Positions 50,524 to 60,351 of a stretch of DNA of 64,000 nucleotides are shown piece by piece. The notes below the pieces were generated by a model. It was given only the letters and a program-made list of their open reading frames with translations, had not been told where the DNA came from and did no database searches. Both the position numbers and the translations under genes were made by a program. Position 1 is the first letter of the stretch. The number at the start of each line of letters is the position of its first letter. Source of the DNA: Hormiphora californensis (taxonomy: Eukaryota > Animalia > Ctenophora); the NCBI GenBank assembly GCA_020137815.1, contig CM035355.1:7254001-7318000 (forward strand). The letters are read 5' to 3'.

Positions 50524-52191
50524 CTATACTTCAAGTATCACTGCAAAAGTTCTTGATGAGATCCGGCGTTTTTCTGTTTCTTTTTCTCTTCAGCCCTTGT
50601 CATTGCCTGTCCAGTCTTGCTCTCTCTAAACTGAACCTCCTTCGCCAGTTCAATAGCCTTCACCGCTCTCGCTTCTTCATCATTCCTGGGAGGTAAAGGT
50701 GTATTACGATTTTAGGTATAATAGACAGAATCAGCTTGAATTTGTCAGAGGATTGAGAATACAAGCCCAATTCAAAACGAAGAAGTGGTCACTTTACCTC
50801 ATTTTTTGAGCAACCCGTGCCTTTGCCTTGTCCATTTTCTTCCTTCTCTCCTTTGCTGCCACCTTATTTCTCTCCCTCTCTTGTTCCTGGATTTGGCGGG
50901 CCGTGGGACGACTGCTCTGTACTGTTGCTGGTCGAACAGCACCCCCGCTACTGTCCCTGATTGCTCCGTTGAAGGACACTGTCACTCGAGATGCTGGAGC
51001 TACTGACCGTCCACCTGAGAGGGAAGTTGGGGATAGTGTGAGGGTTGCTGGGGGACTTTATACTTAGAGAAACCTGAGGGGAGTTGGGGATAGTGTGAGG
51101 GTAGAGACTCACTGTTACCTGTCAGTTGGGGATCAGATAACAGATGGGGATCAGATAACAGTTACTAAAACCAATATTGTAAAAACATTCTTACCTGGAG
51201 CAGCAGATTTGCTTCTAAGTGGGCGGGATTGTGGGGACACTTTGGAGGCAGTCGCTTTACCAGCATGCTTCCAATACGCTGAAAACAAAGCGAGAAATAT
51301 TTTTACACATAAATCACACGGGCATAAAACAATTGGATCCATTGCAGCCTATTCTCGCTCCGCGATGTGAGATCGATCTCACTGAGGTATCAATGTGGCC
51401 AAATAAAACAAGGGGATTGGGAAACTGATGAAGACTGGGAAACTGATGAAGACTGGGTAATTTTTACAGTCGGACCCCTATTTACGAGCCCCCTCCCCCC
51501 ATTTATTGAACCCCTAATTTACCGTGAGGATAAATTTCCAGCGAAATTTCCCCCCAAAATGTTAGATTGAAGTACCTGGTTTGACAGATACTGGCACATT
51601 CTGATCCTCCTCCCCATCTTCCTCCTTGAAACGGGGGTGATCCGGAACACCCAGAATGTCATCAAACTTCCCCTCAGTTAATCCAACTCCAGAGATGTAC
51701 CCCGGTATCACTGAAATCATAGTTTATTTTTAGCAACCGGCGGAGGGGGAGGGGAGGGGAGGGGACCTTGTATAATGTCTTGCTCCAAACTCTCTTGCTG
51801 TACCCCGCAAGTAATGGGGGTTTAAAAGAATATTTGACTCCTAGAACCGAGACGTTATGTAATTCATGAGACATCTGTTTTCGATTTTACTATTTGCCTG
51901 GCTAGACTGGCGCCCCGCCCCCGAATCACATAGCAAATTTACAAATGTAAAGGGAGGGTTAGAACATAGCAATTTTCGATTTATTCCGAGAAAGAATGGT
52001 ATATTTCTTCTCTACTAAATAATCTCCCAAACCTTTTGAAGTTGGGGCACTATCCTCTTCGTCACGTAATCTCAGCTCACTTAGAGTCGTCTGGATTGTC
52101 TCTCTATCACTGTCGTCATCATCGTCTTGGAATTGGGGACGGTCTACAGGTGTTATTCCTGGGATTTCTGCAACAATAGCTTTTGGGACTC
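50524..52191 (-). CDS. Uncharacterised charged, low-complexity protein with a probable C-terminal coiled coil (5'-incomplete). Exons approx.: 52191-52033, 51710-51576, 51278-51195, 51014-50798, 50686-50524
   Basis: Five phase-compatible GT-AG exons with an open frame (GVPKAIVAEIPG..DDDDDSDRE.., ..QEQERERNKVAAKERR..AQKMRNDEEARAVKAIELAKEV..). No family recognised and the start exon was not found. Confidence 0.6.
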
Positions 52192-52574
52192 CTGCAATAT
52201 TTATAAGGGATGGTTAGAGATAGCAAGAAAAAGCATGAGTGGGGTTGAATTGCTCGAAGCGCAGCCACCTATCAGAGCATTGGCGGAGCACGCAAGAACT
52301 GTGGTCAGAGCATTGGCTTGGTGACGCGGCCACCCCTACACTGGCCGCGCGAAGCGCGGCAAAACGAAGCCCACGAAGCGGGCTGAGTGTAACATAATAA
52401 GGATTTCATAACATAATAAGGATTTCATAATAAGGATTTCATAACATAATAGGGGATTTCATCACCAAAGCATTGGCCTGACAGGCGGCCACAATGACAG
52501 GCGAATCAAGAGTGGGGATATTACAGTCCGTCATACACATTTCCACCTGGAATTTCTTGCTCGTATTTTTTTTG

Positions 52575-52919
52575 GAGGACCTCCTCCAGATGAACAACGC
52601 GACATTGTATGGTATCGGGAAACTCCCTATTCTCAGCACCAAGATCGCTGAAAGGAGACTCAGACTCGCCGGCCATGCTGCACGTCATCCGGAACTAACG
52701 CTCAACAAAGTGTTACTTTGGGAGCCTCTCCACGGACACTCCAGACGAGGGCGACCAAAACAGACCTTTGTGGATGTACTGCGGCGGGACACGGGACTCA
52801 GGGAAACCTCCGAAATAGCTTCTTTGATGGCTGATCGTGTAGAGTGGAGCAATGTTATCCATGGAGTTCGGAAATACCACACGTGGAATCCGCCCTAAGT
52901 CAAGTAAGTCAGTAAGTCA
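52575..52919 (+). mobile_element. 3' fragment of a non-LTR retrotransposon (RTE-like)
   Basis: RRLRLAGHAARH..VLLWEP.HG..RRGRPKQTFVD is a typical ORF2 C-terminus, followed by a short-repeat tail TAAGTCAAGTAAGTCAGTAAGTCA. Confidence 0.8.
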
Positions 52920-53198
52920 TATAAAGAAAATATCCCGGCTGGCTCCTATTGACAGAATGCCAATATAACAGAGCGCTTACACCTCATGTAACTTTCTTTT
53001 TTTTTCGACGTCAGCGCGGCTAAACCTCATGTAAACTTCAAGTGTCCTAGTGTGTTTAATATCACGCTTCATCGTTCTTATTCCCCAACTTTCTAATTTC
53101 CTACTCCCTCTCCGGTCTCTCTCCTATAGACAATGATAGTACACGTGCTACTCCATAGCAATAACTGCTCTCTTATAGACTCTAGATAGATATATGAT

Positions 53199-53405
53199 AC
53201 TAGTACCAAAAACCAATCAAATTGGTTTGGATGACCCGGGGCCCAAAGGCGGCAGGCGCTGGTTTACCAGATCGAGTAGTCTTTCTTGGCACATTTTTAG
53301 ACTTTCCTGTACAAGTCTTAATCCTTTTTAGCACCAACATATTGCATCCTGACGCCTTTGGGCCCCGGGTCATCCAAACCAATTTGATTGGTTTTTGGTA
53401 CTAGT
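53199..53405. repeat. MITE-like inverted repeat with ~53-bp arms
   Basis: ACTAGTACCAAAAACCAATCAAATTGG...CCAATTTGATTGGTTTTTGGTACTAGT. Confidence 0.8.
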
Positions 53406-55094
53406 TTCTATTCTTTTTGGTATGATGTTTCTCCCCTTTTGGTAAATCCCCCTATACCTCGACCTTTCTACGTCTACAATACCAAGTTTCTAGAATAAAC
53501 AATTCAGTGATGTAGTTTAAATGTTGAATCATAAATATGTGAATAAATCCAGAAGGGTGCGAGATACGACTTTTTGTTTGGGGTACGACCCCCCATAAAT
53601 CGACCTTTCCGGTTTAGATGTGTTATGAAAGAACTCTCTCCGACCAGCCAGTCAGGAGATATTCAAAATATGCATAAAATCATAAATATGTGAATAAATC
53701 CAGAATGGTGCGAGATACGACATTTTGTTCGGGGAACGACCCCCCATAAATCGACCTTTCCGGTTCAGATTAGCTAAAAAAGAAGTCTCTCCGACCATCG
53801 TGTTCGGAGATAAGTGGGAAATGCATATTTAATTAGGGCATAATTAGGTCTTAATTAAGGTTGTATGAAACGAAAAATATCCTATTACACGCACCCTATC
53901 TAGTACTATCACTCCACAAAATTTCAACTTTGAAGCTTTAATCGTTTTCTAGAGCTAAGCTCCCGGGATTTTGGTGGTATATATATCTATATATAGACGA
54001 CACTTTTATACCCGGATTTGACACCACTACCGTTTCGGTATCTTAGATCCAATCAGTCTGTAACTTTGGATTCCAGCAGTGATAGTAAAAGGAAGGCTGG
54101 ATACCAAGTTTCAAAACTCTAGCTCAACTGCATGCTTGTGTAATTTGATCCTAAAATCCGGTCTCATCGCGTTCGTATGGTACTGCACTGGCCGGGGAGT
54201 CAAGGGGGACTGTGCACTTTAGAGGCTTCGTGCTCCCTACTTTGCACACACACATTCGTCATTCTTTATTATTCTTTCTTACTCGTTCTCCCTCGCATCT
54301 TTCTTTGAGGGGGGTGGAAGGGAGGGGGGGGGGGGGTGGATGGGCCCCGGGGCACTTGCCAGTGCAGTGATGAGTTATCTCAACAGTTTTCAGTTTGTTG
54401 CCCAACTCTCAAACATCAGTTGGCAGCACGTGTGCCATCATTATATGCTCGGAGCTATTTTAGATACGAGAGAGTGTGATCATCTGCCTTTTAGCTTTGC
54501 TGAAACGTGTCCTTGTCTTGCTGTATAATGTGAAATAATATATATATATTTCTTCCTGTCCTAGATTTCCATGAATATAATTTTGACATTTCTCGGCTTG
54601 TGCATTGTAAGTGGAGTCTATGGAGATTACACGACAAAGGGAACATCCACGGAGATAAGAGACGATGCATCTGCAGTGGCAGCCTGTAACTCAGGAGACC
54701 GGGTAGGTTATACTGGGATCGTTGGTTACGAAATAACCCCTCAAGGTCGCTTCGCGTGCCGACAAGGGAGGGGTAACAAAGCTTCGTTACCACTTGGGAC
54801 GGACCATGCTGGAAACCCCTTCAAAATGCTTGTTAGCTCTTTTTATTTCGACGCCAATTCCAATTTTCCTGACTGATATTTATGATTTTCAGGCTATAAG
54901 ATGTAGCTGTCCTTACGCAATTAGTTTCGTCCTGGATGGTCTAGTCATCTCCTCCGACCGATGCACTTGTTATATGTCGGGTAGCAGTACCCACTACATC
55001 ACTGTCACTACTACTTGTGCCACACCTCGCAGTTGTAAAACTGGACCTACTGCGGAATACATCTACCCTTTAACAGGGTTCACAGAGGGTAACT

Positions 55095-55627
55095 TTGTGG
55101 GAAGTTGGGTCTGGAATTTTAAATTTGACTTGCTGATATGATTAGGGACTCTATAAAAAGTCCAAAGTACCATCCCACAGGTCTCTACCACCCCCGGTTC
55201 ACTAATTAGTCGTAATTATGTGATTTATGACGTTTATATCGCCAATTAGCACTAATAATACCAGTTCCTGGTCACTTAGAGCTTAGATTTTGACACCAGC
55301 TGATAGAGTATCACTAGATTAGTGGGCATTCAAATTTTGAGGTCGATCGGAGTTATGGTCGAGGAGTTATAACCGTTTTTCCGTTTGGCTGGCGGTTGGC
55401 TGGCACCACGTGGGATTACGGGTTTAGGTCGTCGTAGGAGGTCGTCATTAGTCGGGTTCGATCGGGCTCGATGAGGTGATCAAAACCTAGTGGGGCCAGA
55501 CCTTGGCCCCACCCCGTTCTTGGGTTATTAGGCTTTTTCGGTTTTGGCGGGAAACCGAAAAAGCCCAATAGAGTCCCTAATCATATCAGCAAGTCAAATT
55601 TAAAATTCCAGACCCAACTTCCCACAA
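55095..55627. mobile_element. ~58-bp-TIR element at the exon 2 donor region of the Cys-rich gene
   Basis: TTGTGGGAAGTTGGGTCTGG...CCAGACCCAACTTCCCACAA; no TSD evident. Confidence 0.7.
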
Positions 55628-56380
55628 CCGACCCTACTATGTAAGTAATACGTACCCTGACTGAATTCATGGACATTGTGTCTCGACTCAAGTTGATAAT
55701 ATAGCCTAGCAGTTAGGGATTTTCTTCCCTATTTTAATTCTTGCTCAGATCTCTTTATTCATCCCAGATGACAAGACACTAGAATGTGAAGAAGGGTACA
55801 CGATGCTTCGCTGCTATTTTAAGACGTAAGTCAATAATTGATACTATAATAATTGATACTAAATCTCTATTATAAGTTGGAGATGAACGACGTGGTGGCC
55901 GTTGATTCAGCGGTATCTATGCGACAGTCTGCTCCTTCATAAAACACTTTATATGACGAAAGCTGTAAAGGTGTTGCTCGCACTTTGTTAATATTTTCGA
56001 ATGACTTTTAATATGCCAGTCCCCATAGTTATCAATTCAGTTGCCATGGCAACCGTGTTGTTGAAAGGGGTGAAAAGAACCATCCGGCAAAGCCGGATGG
56101 GTTATCAAAAAACCCTTACTTGAGGTGCACCCGATGGGTGCGCTAGTAATAATCATAATATACTTTCTACATGTTATTTTACCACGAATACCTTTGAATT
56201 TCATTTGCAGCCTATGGCCTGCATCCAATATGCCATCTACCCAAGGGACAAGGGTTGGGTGCAGGGGCTTCCCTCCTAGTCGGTGTGCCATCATAATTTA
56301 GATCCGGTCGCCCATTACCCCGGGGTTCGGTAGAAACAAGGTAGTGGAGATGAGGTAGAGAAGTGACGACACACGGATTT

Positions 56381-56423
56381 TAGGAAAGTACTTTCGTAGA
56401 TAAAGTCTACATCATCAGTCCTA
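56381..56423 (-). ncRNA. Minimal type-I hammerhead ribozyme, mirror copy
   Basis: Reverse complement of 59142-59184. Confidence 0.85.
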
Positions 56424-56725
56424 TAAAAATATGTAATGTTAGAGCACACACTCTCAGGAGATAAAAATATATAAATATAAATCGAGGAAAAAATTGAACG
56501 GAGCTATCCAAAACAACAAAGGAGAACCACTAACTAACTAAAAAACTAAGCACGCTCGCGAAATCAGGGATTCTGAATGAGATGTCAATGTATGCAGAGG
56601 GCGCCGCGCACAGCTAAACACAGAAACACGGCGCCAAGGGCCACACAGGTGCGACACCGCGCGTTACAACTCGCACACACTGTCACCTCAAACCAGACAT
56701 CCCTGTGTCTAAACAATAAGAAACA

Positions 56726-57841
56726 CTATCTCACGACTAAAATTCTGTTGAGTCCGAATAATTTTGTCCGATAATTGTCTATTAATTTACTTTCAGCCCT
56801 ATCCAATCCCACTGCCGATACCTGCTTAACTAAGCCTAATTTAAAAATATTAAGGTCCATAGCGTCTCTGTGTTTCTCCCAACAATGTTGTGCCAATGCA
56901 CTGCCCTGGTGTTCGAGTTCCGAGAATTTAGCACGGTGACCGTTGATTCTCTTATGAAAAGGTTGCATTGTCTGCCCCACATAGGTATCCTCTTTCCGGT
57001 TGCCCTGCGCCCTTGTACAGATTGAGCATTGTGCAACATATATTACATTTTTGCTCTTGCAGTTTAGGTGGGGGTTCAATTTTAGGCGTTTTCCATTCAC
57101 CGAGAGACATGGAGATGGTGACATTAGAGGGCAAGTTTTGCAGCCTCTTCCCCCACATTTCTGGTTGAATTCCCCCTCCTCCTCCTGAGTTTCCACCTCC
57201 ATGTTGGACTCACTGAGTTTTCTATTTCTCACTACTGTATTGCCGATTGATTTTAGCTTTCGTAGTGCTAGAACCACCTTCACGTCACCCGCTACCGCCC
57301 GAATGTCTTCCTCCAAGTTCCTCAAGAAGGTTCGGAGATCATCCACCCCTTCAAAGTAGTTGGTGGCGAATATCAGTTGGGTAGTGGGATTCTGTTGTGT
57401 TGGGGGTAACTCCTGTTCCAACTGTAGTCTCTCCAGGGCCTTCGGCTGTAGGTTATCAAGGTCCCTTTCCAGATGTCCGCTCTTGAGTAAGTCCACCCTG
57501 AGTTCTTCTAGATCCTGCACTCGCGTGCTCTCTCTAGAGTTCCTCTTAATTACCCTGAGCATTTGACTGAAGATGACGGATTTAAACACGTGTCTTGGGT
57601 GGAACGATTCCGTCCGTAGGTACATCCTTGCGTCTGTCGGTTTCCTATACAACTTGTGTTCCAAGTTCCCTTCTTCTAGAGATACTGTTACATCTAGGAA
57701 GTTAACCGAGTCCCCAAACTGTTGGTCCCCAAAATTTATCCCATAACTTTTAGTGGCCCTATTCAACCTGGCTATAAAGGTGGTCAGCTGCCTCTCGGTT
57801 CCCCTCCAAATCCCAAACACGTCGTCGATGAACCTCCTCCA
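56726..57841 (-). CDS. Penelope-like RT (from the catalytic FIDD motif) plus GIY-YIG endonuclease, 5'-truncated
   Basis: WRRFIDDVFGIW, VNFLDV, LYRKPTD..YL..S.HP, KCGGRGCKTCP, NVIYVAQCSIC..YVGQT..RINGH..LAQH..E..LI..FGLN. Confidence 0.93.
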   Translation of the reverse strand, partial: WRRFIDDVFGIWRGTERQLTTFIARLNRATKSYGINFGDQQFGDSVNFLDVTVSLEEGNLEHKLYRKPTDARMYLRTESFHPRHVFKSVIFSQMLRVIKRNSRESTRVQDLEELRVDLLKSGHLERDLDNLQPKALERLQLEQELPPTQQNPTTQLIFATNYFEGVDDLRTFLRNLEEDIRAVAGDVKVVLALRKLKSIGNTVVRNRKLSESNMEVETQEEEGEFNQKCGGRGCKTCPLMSPSPCLSVNGKRLKLNPHLNCKSKNVIYVAQCSICTRAQGNRKEDTYVGQTMQPFHKRINGHRAKFSELEHQGSALAQHCWEKHRDAMDLNIFKLGLVKQVSAVGLDRAESKLIDNYRTKLFGLNRILVVR

Positions 57842-57843
57842 AA

Positions 57844-58839
57844 CAGTTTGGGGACTCGGTTAACTTCCTAGATGTAACAGTATCTCTAGAAGAAGGGAAC
57901 TTGGAACACAAGTTGTATAGGAAACCGACAGACGCAAGGATGTACCTACGGACGGAATCGTTCCACCCAAGACACGTGTTTAAATCCGTCATCTTCAGTC
58001 AAATGCTCAGGGTAATTAAGAGGAACTCTAGAGAGAGCACGCGAGTGCAGGATCTAGAAGAACTCAGGGTGGACTTACTCAAGAGCGGACATCTGGAAAG
58101 GGACCTTGATAACCTACAGCCGAAGGCCCTGGAGAGACTACAGTTGGAACAGGAGTTACCCCCAACACAACAGAATCCCACTACCCAACTGATATTCGCC
58201 ACCAACTACTTTGAAGGGGTGGATGATCTCCGAACCTTCTTGAGGAACTTGGAGGAAGACATTCGGGCGGTAGCGGGTGACGTGAAGGTGGTTCTAGCAC
58301 TACGAAAGCTAAAATCAATCGGCAATACAGTAGTGAGAAATAGAAAACTCAGTGAGTCCAACATGGAGGTGGAAACTCAGGAGGAGGAGGGGGAATTCAA
58401 CCAGAAATGTGGGGGAAGAGGCTGCAAAACTTGCCCTCTAATGTCACCATCTCCATGTCTCTCGGTGAATGGAAAACGCCTAAAATTGAACCCCCACCTA
58501 AACTGCAAGAGCAAAAATGTAATATATGTTGCACAATGCTCAATCTGTACAAGGGCGCAGGGCAACCGGAAAGAGGATACCTATGTGGGGCAGACAATGC
58601 AACCTTTTCATAAGAGAATCAACGGTCACCGTGCTAAATTCTCGGAACTCGAACACCAGGGCAGTGCATTGGCACAACATTGTTGGGAGAAACACAGAGA
58701 CGCTATGGACCTTAATATTTTTAAATTAGGCTTAGTTAAGCAGGTATCGGCAGTGGGATTGGATAGGGCTGAAAGTAAATTAATAGACAATTATCGGACA
58801 AAATTATTCGGACTCAACAGAATTTTAGTCGTGAGATAG
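57844..58839 (+). CDS. Second, more truncated copy of the Penelope-like RT C-terminus plus GIY-YIG
   Basis: Reverse-complement mirror of the minus-strand copy, starting at QFGDSVNFLDV. The two translations in the ORF track are identical where they overlap. Confidence 0.92.
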   Translation, partial: QFGDSVNFLDVTVSLEEGNLEHKLYRKPTDARMYLRTESFHPRHVFKSVIFSQMLRVIKRNSRESTRVQDLEELRVDLLKSGHLERDLDNLQPKALERLQLEQELPPTQQNPTTQLIFATNYFEGVDDLRTFLRNLEEDIRAVAGDVKVVLALRKLKSIGNTVVRNRKLSESNMEVETQEEEGEFNQKCGGRGCKTCPLMSPSPCLSVNGKRLKLNPHLNCKSKNVIYVAQCSICTRAQGNRKEDTYVGQTMQPFHKRINGHRAKFSELEHQGSALAQHCWEKHRDAMDLNIFKLGLVKQVSAVGLDRAESKLIDNYRTKLFGLNRILVVR

Positions 58840-59141
58840 TGTTTCTTATTGTTTAGACACAGGGATGTCTGGTTTGAGGTGACAGTGTGTGCGAGTTGTA
58901 ACGCGCGGTGTCGCACCTGTGTGGCCCTTGGCGCCGTGTTTCTGTGTTTAGCTGTGCGCGGCGCCCTCTGCATACATTGACATCTCATTCAGAATCCCTG
59001 ATTTCGCGAGCGTGCTTAGTTTTTTAGTTAGTTAGTGGTTCTCCTTTGTTGTTTTGGATAGCTCCGTTCAATTTTTTCCTCGATTTATATTTATATATTT
59101 TTATCTCCTGAGAGTGTGTGCTCTAACATTACATATTTTTA

Positions 59142-59184
59142 TAGGACTGATGATGTAGACTTTATCTACGAAAGTACTTTCCTA
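59142..59184 (+). ncRNA. Minimal type-I hammerhead ribozyme in the PLE 3' region (pseudo-LTR)
   Basis: TAGGA-CTGATGA-T-GTAGA-cttta-TCTAC-GAAA-GTAC-TT-TCCTA. Stem I TAGGA/TCCTA, core CUGAUGA, stem II GTAGA/TCTAC, GAAA, palindromic vestigial stem III (AAAGTACTTT). Confidence 0.85.
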
Positions 59185-59952
59185 AAATCCGTGTGTCGTC
59201 ACTTCTCTACCTCATCTCCACTACCTTGTATCTACCCAAGGGGAAGTGACTATTTCTGATGGAAAGTGTTCTGTAACAAGCAGCCCTGTTAAATTCGAAC
59301 TCACTGCGGTTTGCAAGATAACACCGTGAGTGCAGTGAGAAAATGAAAATGTATTAATAATATATAATAATTAACCCCCTCCTATGTTAGTCTAGTTTGG
59401 ACTCTCGTTAAAACAACTTTTGCTAACACACACACTGTAACTTTCAGAGAGTATTGGAGTGAAAAGTGTGGTAAGAATCTGTTTAGAGCACTTTAATCCC
59501 TGATGCTACAAACTTTCAGCTGGTGTTTGAATAATCATTAAATTATACACTCTTGCTAATCAGAAATGTCATATATGTATAACCATATATCGTCCGTTGT
59601 GATCCCTGCTTATCAACCTCTTTTAAATATCCCCTGAGTGTATAAGCAAGATGCCCCAAAAACAAAATTCTTTATAATTACAGTCAAAAAATTCAACTCA
59701 GATATCGTGTGTCTATAACAGCTAAAAGACCATTCCTTCTCACACACCTGCTGCATCCCTCTTAAAATTCTTTTTTTCAAATTGGTCGTTCTGTAATACC
59801 TCTCAGACCTAGTCTTTAGTCTATCTCGATCGTCTCCCTCCCTCCCACCATTATAGTCTACCTCTCCCCTTTCCTCGCCTAACATTCTCTCCCACAGCTT
59901 TTCAGTGTCTACCACCCCCCCCTTCCCTACTTCCCCCTACTTCTCCCCTGGC

Positions 59953-60052
59953 ACCTTAAAGTATGATTCTTTCACTTTAATAATTCCAATCTCGTCATCA
60001 TATATGATGACGAGATTGGAATTATTAAAGTGAAAGAATCATACTTTAAGGT
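59953..60052. repeat. 100-bp perfect palindrome with no spacer (TTAA-flanked 86-bp core)
   Basis: ACCTTAAAGTATGATTC...CATCATA|TATGATG...GAATCATACTTTAAGGT, centre between 60002 and 60003. Confidence 0.85.
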
Positions 60053-60351
60053 TGAGAAATGAGAGAGAAAGGAAATAGTGGGTGAGCCGTGAGAACGGAG
60101 AGGGAAAGAGAAAGGGTGGAAACTAGACAATCAATATCCAAAGATTACATCTTTCTATTTATAGACCTCGCTGGCTCAAATAGACGTGCGGCTTGCTCAA
60201 ACAATTTGCACTGGTCTATTGGGCCGTGCACTGCCGTGAGTTTGTGTCTCGATAGACGCACGCCCTCTGACAGATGTGTGTAAAGATCACAAAGAATCAC
60301 TGGAAACACGATTAAATTCGGAGAGAGTGAGAGACAATCGTATAACGTTAA

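Larger units (their letters stand above)
56248..59229. mobile_element. Penelope-like retroelement (Neptune-type), 5'-truncated inverted dimer with 13-bp TSD
   Basis: TSD ATCTACCCAAGGG at 56235-56247 and 59230-59242. Inverted arms 56336-57723 and 57842-59229. Each arm encodes RT C-terminal part, a CxxxxCxxC linker and a GIY-YIG endonuclease. Confidence 0.95.
54571..59329 (+). pseudogene. Secreted Cys-rich two-repeat protein, disrupted in its last exon by the Penelope-like insertion. Exons: 54571-54702, 54893-55088, 55768-55825, 56211-56247 + 59243-59329
   Basis: Signal peptide MNIILTFLGLCIVSGVYG. Repeat 1 AACNSGDRAIRCSC..LVISSDRCTC..ITVTTTCATP parallels repeat 2 LECEEGYTMLRCYF..EVTISDGKCSV..FELTAVCKITP*. 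Removing 56248-59242 restores the frame (..PSTQG|EVTISDGKC..). Confidence 0.78.

Noticed and set aside
54703-54876. Remainder of the 101-aa ORF as coding
   Set aside because: A GTAGGT donor at 54703 gives a phase-0 join that matches the Cys spacing of the second repeat, so the rest is likely intron.
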